From: an uncultured Thermoplasmatales archaeon
GTDB lineage: Archaea > Thermoplasmatota > E2 > DHVEG-1
NCBI GenBank assembly: GCA_964618505.1
Contig: CAZUBH010000003.1
Coordinates: 20,687 to 84,686, forward strand
DNA length: 64,000 bases
Reading direction: 5' to 3'
Below are positions 57,628 to 64,000 of this stretch, in pieces. Under the pieces are notes generated by a model. It had not been told where the DNA came from, ran no database searches, and worked only from the letters and a program-made list of their open reading frames with translations. How positions within the stretch are numbered: the stretch's first letter is position 1; each line of letters begins with the position of its first letter. Both the position numbers and the translations under genes were made by a program.

Positions 57628-58197
57628 AACAATCAGTTTTATCTTATTAACCTAGCATTTCTGCTAGTATGTATTCCCTTCCTCAATAAGTAAAATAAAT
57701 TATCCATTTAAAAATGTATGTGAAAAATTGTCAAAAAAATGAATTTTTAAAAATGGATAATATCTGTAAAGAACCTCGATAACACTTGTACAACAACTCC
57801 TTTTAAACAAAACCTACAAAATAGAATTGAGGAGTGAAAAAAAAATGTTGATTGTTGGTCAAGTATCGTCCCCTGAAGAAGCTGCTGATATAGAATTTAT
57901 TGCAAAATCATTTGTTGTAGCAAACAGAGCAAAAGTTCTTGCAGGTAGAATATAAAGAGGTGTTTTAAACGATAAATAAAAACTCTAAAATTTGGATTTG
58001 GGTTCAAAATTGTAAAATATACAAAGCAGTTTATGACCCTTGTGAAAAAATTTTAACCATATATAATCATAATGATATTATAGTACTTGTAAGAAAAAAA
58101 ATTAGCAAAGAAGATATAAAACAAATAGAAAAAATATTTATTGGTAAAAATGCAAAAAGATTAGATGGAAACAATAGCTCATTTACTTATTTATAAT

Positions 58198-58617
58198 CTA
58201 ATCTACAATTCTATACTTGACCCATGAATCTATAAATCTTTTTGAAAGTTGTGGACCTGCTTTTGATATATCTGTTGCCGTTACAATACCAATTATTGAA
58301 TCATTAAAAAAGACAGGTAGTTTTTTTATTTGATTTTTATCCATTAGCTCAACAGCGTCTTCAACTTTTTTAAGTGCGTGTATTTTTACTATATCTTTTG
58401 ACATTATCTCTTTTACTTTAGTATTTTGTGCATCTTTATTCTCACAAACTGCTCTTTCGATTATATCTCTTTCAGTTAAAATTCCAACACAAATTTCATC
58501 TTTCATTATGAGAAGTGATCCAACCTTTTTATCTCTGTAGATCAAACAAGCTTGAAACACTGTATCCTCAGGAGAAACAGATACGATATCTTTTGACATT
58601 ATTTCTTTAACAAGCAT
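58198..58617 (-). CDS. Tandem CBS-domain protein (paralog of 21213..21632)
   Basis: MLVKEIMSKDIVSV...; same length (139 aa) and N-terminus as the other CBS protein. Confidence 0.8.
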   Translation of the reverse strand: MLVKEIMSKDIVSVSPEDTVFQACLIYRDKKVGSLLIMKDEICVGILTERDIIERAVCENKDAQNTKVKEIMSKDIVKIHALKKVEDAVELMDKNQIKKLPVFFNDSIIGIVTATDISKAGPQLSKRFIDSWVKYRIVD

Positions 58618-58727
58618 TTTTGATCAAACAATGTAATTAATTTTAAATAATATAATTTTTCATAATAGAAAGGCCCTGATTAAACAGAATCCAAGACTTC
58701 ATATTGCATTAAGTTATTACCAACTTT

Positions 58728-59237
58728 GTGAAAATAAAACCTAGATCAGAATTACTAAATGATCTCATAAGGGATTCGAAGAAAAAATCTGAAGGTTGGA
58801 AAGCAGCATTTTACAAAGATAGTAATCTTCTCTCTAATGATTACTATATATTAAATCCAAATGTTGGAGTTTATCTTATTAAAGAATACCAAAAAAATCC
58901 TTTTAGAATTGAAGGAATTGGATCTAAAATTGCACGAAAGGTAGACGAAGATGTTGAAGAAAGCATTATAAAAAATTCTGGGGACTTTGGTATTGTACAA
59001 GGAGATATTAACAAGATCGTAAAAAACATAAAAAAAGGCGTCCATCCTCAAACAATTCTTGAGCAAGGAATAAAAGGAAAAGATATGGGAATAAAAGTCC
59101 CACTAAAAGGCAAAGCTTCTAGTTCAAAAAATACTATTGATAAACTTAACAATTCGTATTCTAAACAAAAAAAGAAAATAGATATGAAATTTAGTAAAAA
59201 AGCTTCTGATGAAGGTTTATATAGTTCATATGATTAG
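58728..59237 (+). CDS. Hypothetical protein
   Basis: 169 aa, Lys-rich, no recognised motif. Confidence 0.35.
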   Translation: MKIKPRSELLNDLIRDSKKKSEGWKAAFYKDSNLLSNDYYILNPNVGVYLIKEYQKNPFRIEGIGSKIARKVDEDVEESIIKNSGDFGIVQGDINKIVKNIKKGVHPQTILEQGIKGKDMGIKVPLKGKASSSKNTIDKLNNSYSKQKKKIDMKFSKKASDEGLYSSYD

Positions 59238-59239
59238 TT

Positions 59240-60556
59240 TTACTTCAAATACTCTTTAACTTTTTTATCTGCATCCTTTCTTTTTTTATCAAGGCTTTCT
59301 AACATATTTTTTGTTAGTTCAGAAGCATATTTTTTACAACTTCCGCACATTTGCTTACCTGTCTTACATGACAAGAATATATCATGAAGTTCCTTATCAT
59401 CCTCAATCAAATGATATAAAAACAATTCATAAACGACACATTGGTCCGGATTTCCTCCATGTTTTTTCTGTTCTTCAAGTGTAACAGCCCCTCCTGTTTT
59501 TGCATGCATAATTTTCTTTTTAGCATCTTCTGTCGAATCAGTTAAAAAAATTGCACTTTCAGGTTTTGATGAAGACATCTTATCACCTGTAAGACCTGTC
59601 ATAAATCTGTGAAAAGTTGCGGAAGGTGAAAAAAACCCATAACCTCCAAAGTTTAATTCAGATTCTGCAAGTGTATTGTTTATCTTTGAGATATCCTGTT
59701 TTTTTGCATCATTAATATAAATCGCTTTATATTCATCGATTCTTTTTAAAGTTTTAAATCCTAATTTTTTAAGTATTTTTTCGGCATTATCCAGAAGTTC
59801 TTTGACATTGTCGTCAACTTTAACAAATACGCCTATTTTATTATCTTTTGTCTCAGTTACGTTATAAAGCCTATGAGATTGGGCTATATCTCTACTAAGT
59901 CTAATATGAGGATCTTGATCAACTCCTACCGGAACTAAAACAGGTCTAACTCCTCCATACTCTTGAAGTTGGACATGTAATATGTCTCCGGTTTGAACCA
60001 TTGGAGACATTATATGAGACATATTTGTAGAACCATTAAATCCATAGGTTGCTACCATTTGAGACCAATTTACTTTTTTGCCTAAAAGATAACCCATATC
60101 TTTTACATCTTGATTTTTTGATTGAAAATAAATATGACAATTATTTGGTTTCAAACCAAGTGCAATGTAGTTTTTTATATATTCATTTACAGCAAGTTTT
60201 TCTGTTTCTTTTAAAGAATAACCTCTTGTTGCATAGGATTCAATATCTGCTATAGCAATGTGTATATCTGCTCCAATGCTTTGATAATAAATTACCTGAT
60301 CTATGACCATTTTATGTCCAAGATGCATTCTACCTGAAGGCATTAATCCTGTGAGAATTGCCCAAGGTTTTCTTTCTAAAACGGCATCTCTAATTGATTC
60401 AAAACCCCTATGGCCAAATACAATCCCTCTTCTAAGTAGTTTATGCGGATGAGGTAAATCTTTGTAAAGATCATCTGAAAATTCTTGAATACCAAATTCA
60501 TCTCTTAGTCTTGAATAATCCTGATATGTTGTAGAGCTCCATGGATCTATTTTCAT
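59240..60556 (-). CDS. trpS: Tryptophanyl-tRNA synthetase (archaeal/eukaryotic type)
   Basis: HIGH-like MHLGHKMV, KMSKS-like KMSSSKPESAIFLTD, and C-terminal pattern GGNPDQCVVYELFLYHLIEDDKEL matching eukaryote-type TrpRS. Confidence 0.88.
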   Translation of the reverse strand: MKIDPWSSTTYQDYSRLRDEFGIQEFSDDLYKDLPHPHKLLRRGIVFGHRGFESIRDAVLERKPWAILTGLMPSGRMHLGHKMVIDQVIYYQSIGADIHIAIADIESYATRGYSLKETEKLAVNEYIKNYIALGLKPNNCHIYFQSKNQDVKDMGYLLGKKVNWSQMVATYGFNGSTNMSHIMSPMVQTGDILHVQLQEYGGVRPVLVPVGVDQDPHIRLSRDIAQSHRLYNVTETKDNKIGVFVKVDDNVKELLDNAEKILKKLGFKTLKRIDEYKAIYINDAKKQDISKINNTLAESELNFGGYGFFSPSATFHRFMTGLTGDKMSSSKPESAIFLTDSTEDAKKKIMHAKTGGAVTLEEQKKHGGNPDQCVVYELFLYHLIEDDKELHDIFLSCKTGKQMCGSCKKYASELTKNMLESLDKKRKDADKKVKEYLK

Positions 60557-60627
60557 TTATATCAATTTCAAAATCTGATACTATTTCAAAAACTTACCGA
60601 AAGAAAATAAAAAAAGAAAAAATATGT

Positions 60628-63600
60628 TTATTTGTTTTTCTTTTTAAGAAAGATTATTGCACCAATGACTAATAAAGAAAGCAGTGCAACTATTCCTACT
60701 ATCATTGCTATTTGCATTATAGGCGATACCGGCTCTCTGGCATTTGGATAACTATCTACGCCAAATGGCATGTGTCCATCAACAAAGAATTCTTCGTCTG
60801 ATCTCAAATTCAAAGAAGCTACTTCAGAGGCTTTCCAATTATTCTTATCACTGAATTCTGTACTTGGCACCCAAACTCTCAAATCTGGATCGCCATATAA
60901 ACAAACATTCTCTGCTAAGTCCCACCACCATTGTGGAGGTTCTGAGATATATAATATACCTACTTTGCTTATTCCTTCAGTATAAATCTCGCCTATTGTT
61001 TTACCCATTGCTATGCCTCTTGGTACACCGTTTTGCCATACATCTGAATACCATGAGGTAGCCCATGGATCCATAATCTGAAATACTGAGCCATGCCTCA
61101 TCATTGTTAAATGCAAATATTTTCCTGCGGGAAGACATGCGACACTAGACACTCCTGCAGAGTGAATATTACCTATTGCATCATCCACCTGGGTACCATT
61201 ATACCATGAAGTTCCAAATCTTCCCAGTAGAACTGTGATAATGACTCCATCATAGTAATCCTCGTTATCTTGAAGCCAATCTGGAGTAAACCATCTTATA
61301 ATAGGAAGGCTGGCAAGATTTCCAATAATGTCTCTTATGGGTCTTTTAGCAAGAGAATAATCAAGTGCGGTAGTAATAAATCTCATACCATTTGGATCGG
61401 GATTTCCAAATATTGATGGCAAAATTCCATGTATATCCATTGTCATTGTGTCAGGTTCATCAGTAGAACCAAGATTCCATTCATATCCTCTCCAAGGATT
61501 TGTTTCTTTATTATAGCCAGCAAGTGGTATTGCAGGATAGGCAGCTCCTGGGTTTGGATTGTCTCCTTCTACATCCCAAAACATAAGCATACCTCCATCG
61601 TGAGGACCGCCGTGAGTATTTATCAACCAAAGTAGAACGCCTTGATTCAAATTATACATATTTGCGTCAAAGTTAGTTGAATAAACAGGGTCAAATCCAC
61701 CTTGTTTAATATAAAACGGTTGTACTTCAGAACCACTCATATCGGCTAAAAATCCACCTTCTTGACCATTAACTGCAACCATAACACCGTCATCAATTGG
61801 CTCCAGTGATTGAGTTACACCTGGAATATCTCCATCGGCACATTTGTATGTAAATCCCCAATACTTGCTTGCTCTACTGTTAAATTTATGATCGTAGCAT
61901 ATTAATGTATCTAGGACAGGATATTGGAACGTCTCTTCTTCAGAAGGTTTTGTTATTTTTAAACCAAGAGTTCCTCTCCATGGGAACCTTCTCATGCTAC
62001 TACTTCCGTTAATAAGTTGGTAGCCTGACGGATTTTTCAAAGCAGGATTTTGAAAAACTAGTTGTGGATAAAACACATTTTTTGATATCCAAACTGAAAG
62101 ATCGGTTGGTGATCCTATAAATCTTCCAGGCTTTCCTTTTCCGACAAAAACCCTATCCCAAGGAAGGCCAATATCATATTGTCCTCCAACAGTAATTATA
62201 GTTTCTAATCCTTCTTTATCAAAATCATGATATTTAAGAAAATCATAAATTCTGGAACCTGTTAAATACATTTCAGATACTGTAGGAAGCTTTGAATATC
62301 CATTAGAGTGTCTTTGCCAAAGTTCATTATGCCATACAACAGAAGATGAAAGTTCAGGATGATTGTCAATAATTAATAAAGGACTGCCATGATGTGCTGC
62401 AATGTATGCAGCAGGACCCACAGCTAATGCGCCTGGCCATTCGCCAGCTACTTCTAATTCTGCAACATGCCAGTAACTATATGGGTCTACAGTTGAAAAT
62501 ATGACATCATTTCTACCAGTCATATTACGTATTTCTGAATAAGCATTATCATAATCTGAAATATAATCTATACTTGAAATTTCTTTGATCTTGTTTTTTG
62601 TATCTTTATTAAGATTCTTTCCAAGATCAACAATACAAATATTTTTCACCCCTAATTTGTAAAGTGCGTCTGAAGTGCAACTTGGAAGCTCTGAACTTTT
62701 TGTATACAAAAGAGGTGCATTCAACAAAGATGCAAGAATGGCTCCTTCACTTGCTGAAGCAAGTCCATCGCCTTCTTCCCTTGTCATGTTGTATTCCCAA
62801 GAATAAGTTAATTCAAAATCAACTGGTGAATTGATTTCCCCAAGAGCAAATACACAAATTTGATATTTTTCTCCAGGAAGACATTCTCCAAGTCTATCTA
62901 CTTTCATATCTGTCTCTGTTCCATCAGGCAATGGTATACCTGCACCTTCTCCATGCGATCCTTCAGCTGAGTGACAATTAGTAGAAACTCCATGCTCTCT
63001 TGTAGAAAGAACTTCTTCACCACTCGGACCTATGAGTGAAAAACCTAGATCAATGTTGGGGTCATCCCAGGATAGTTTAAAATTTGCATTTCTTGCACCA
63101 TAATCAGGAACATCTGGAACATCAATAGTAACTCCTGGCAGCATCTCAATATCTATCTGATACATTACCTGTCTCATGTTTTTGAGTATGTCAATTATAC
63201 GTCCAAATCTACCAAATCCAAGAGTAAGTAGATTTCTATGAACTTGAGGTTCAAGTGTTAAGTCCTTAATTTCGTCATCTTTATCATCCAAAAACGAGCT
63301 AGGACTAATAGACTTAGTTGGAACATCTGTTAAGGCGACACTCCAATCTCCACTTTTATAGACATAAACTGAAGTTTTATCAATGTCCATTCCGCCTTGC
63401 GCATTCCATGCACTTGTGATTCCTGCCATCATCCAGTTTCCATCTTTTTCACAATATATTTGCAAATCTCTGTCGCCGGCCGGAACTGACATATTAATGA
63501 TTCCTTCAAAACCTGGAACTCCAAAATCAAAATAGAAGCTTGGATACCATGATCTAACTTTAAGAAGTTTATAACCTTCGGGTACTGAAAACTCATTGTA

Positions 63601-63918
63601 AGTTGGATATACTTCATTAGTTTTGGGTACTTCAAAGTGCTCAGTTAAAATTCCATCTTTATTAGATAAGGTTCCAGTAGTTTTATTTGTAACCATATAT
63701 TCGGGTTTTTCTTGTTTTTCTTCAATAACCGCTACTACTGCATCTTTTGAATAAGACCAATCATCAAGAGCGATTTGTGATGCAATACTGTATGGGTCCT
63801 GCCCTTCAATTAGGGAATAATTTTTTGCCCGCCAATCATTCTTTAAGTCATTTTTCCCTAGATTTATCAGAGTCATTTGATCTAAATAACCATTACAGTA
63901 TGACATCCAATCTTCCAT
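60628..63918 (-). CDS. Large secreted/cell-surface protein with C-terminal TM anchor and basic tail
   Basis: 1096 aa; C-terminus IMQIAMIVGIVALLSLLVIGAIIFLKKKNK; protease-like features not resolved by eye. Confidence 0.55.
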   Translation of the reverse strand: MEDWMSYCNGYLDQMTLINLGKNDLKNDWRAKNYSLIEGQDPYSIASQIALDDWSYSKDAVVAVIEEKQEKPEYMVTNKTTGTLSNKDGILTEHFEVPKTNEVYPTYNEFSVPEGYKLLKVRSWYPSFYFDFGVPGFEGIINMSVPAGDRDLQIYCEKDGNWMMAGITSAWNAQGGMDIDKTSVYVYKSGDWSVALTDVPTKSISPSSFLDDKDDEIKDLTLEPQVHRNLLTLGFGRFGRIIDILKNMRQVMYQIDIEMLPGVTIDVPDVPDYGARNANFKLSWDDPNIDLGFSLIGPSGEEVLSTREHGVSTNCHSAEGSHGEGAGIPLPDGTETDMKVDRLGECLPGEKYQICVFALGEINSPVDFELTYSWEYNMTREEGDGLASASEGAILASLLNAPLLYTKSSELPSCTSDALYKLGVKNICIVDLGKNLNKDTKNKIKEISSIDYISDYDNAYSEIRNMTGRNDVIFSTVDPYSYWHVAELEVAGEWPGALAVGPAAYIAAHHGSPLLIIDNHPELSSSVVWHNELWQRHSNGYSKLPTVSEMYLTGSRIYDFLKYHDFDKEGLETIITVGGQYDIGLPWDRVFVGKGKPGRFIGSPTDLSVWISKNVFYPQLVFQNPALKNPSGYQLINGSSSMRRFPWRGTLGLKITKPSEEETFQYPVLDTLICYDHKFNSRASKYWGFTYKCADGDIPGVTQSLEPIDDGVMVAVNGQEGGFLADMSGSEVQPFYIKQGGFDPVYSTNFDANMYNLNQGVLLWLINTHGGPHDGGMLMFWDVEGDNPNPGAAYPAIPLAGYNKETNPWRGYEWNLGSTDEPDTMTMDIHGILPSIFGNPDPNGMRFITTALDYSLAKRPIRDIIGNLASLPIIRWFTPDWLQDNEDYYDGVIITVLLGRFGTSWYNGTQVDDAIGNIHSAGVSSVACLPAGKYLHLTMMRHGSVFQIMDPWATSWYSDVWQNGVPRGIAMGKTIGEIYTEGISKVGILYISEPPQWWWDLAENVCLYGDPDLRVWVPSTEFSDKNNWKASEVASLNLRSDEEFFVDGHMPFGVDSYPNAREPVSPIMQIAMIVGIVALLSLLVIGAIIFLKKKNK

Positions 63919-64000
63919 AAAATAATCAATTCCTTGATAAGCATTTAATGATCTTTCTTTATCTTCGTCGCTTAAATGCTCGTCTTGATAGTAAAGTAAA

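Noticed and set aside
1-64000. CRISPR arrays
   Set aside because: No regularly spaced short direct repeats seen anywhere in the window.

Overview
This window is an AT-rich (about 30% GC by eye) archaeal chromosome fragment. The archaeal assignment rests on archaeal/eukaryotic-type LeuRS and TrpRS, a thermosome, SRP54 and an LSm protein. It uses the standard genetic code (TGA is used as a stop) and is densely coded on both strands. The first ~37 kb is mostly housekeeping and accessory metabolism: an ABC-2 exporter, hutH/hutU, LSm, a serpin, secreted C25-like peptidases, SRP54, glycerate kinase, a 1398-aa surface protein, LeuRS, CBS proteins, an APC permease, and an Mbh-type Mrp antiporter module. 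At 32.4-37.6 kb a 5.1-kb ArsR/thiol-redox cassette is bracketed by ~45-bp imperfect direct repeats. One repeat copy duplicates the promoter and first 10 codons of a neighbouring gene. From 37.6 to 52.9 kb lies what looks like a defence/mobile island. It holds a single ORF fusing an RNase HIII-like N-terminal domain, a caspase (C14) His/Cys domain and an RNase HIII catalytic domain. It also holds a GNAT, a small PD-(D/E)xK nuclease-like protein and a mini zinc-ribbon ORF. Four translationally coupled genes follow: an SNF2 helicase with a DUF3883 nuclease-like C-terminus (TTG start), a DUF1156 DPPY methyltransferase, a DUF499 P-loop ATPase (BrxC-like) and an unknown 375-aa protein. This is a BREX-like cassette with no PglZ. 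Next come an RHH-like mini-ORF and an IS4/ISH3-like DDE transposase. The constituent genes differ visibly in codon bias, which suggests mosaic origin. The window ends with thermosome-grpE-dnaK, a universal stress protein, TrpRS and a 1096-aa secreted protein. Several tiny CxxC zinc-ribbon ORFs and one GC-rich structured intergenic element are not in the ORF track.
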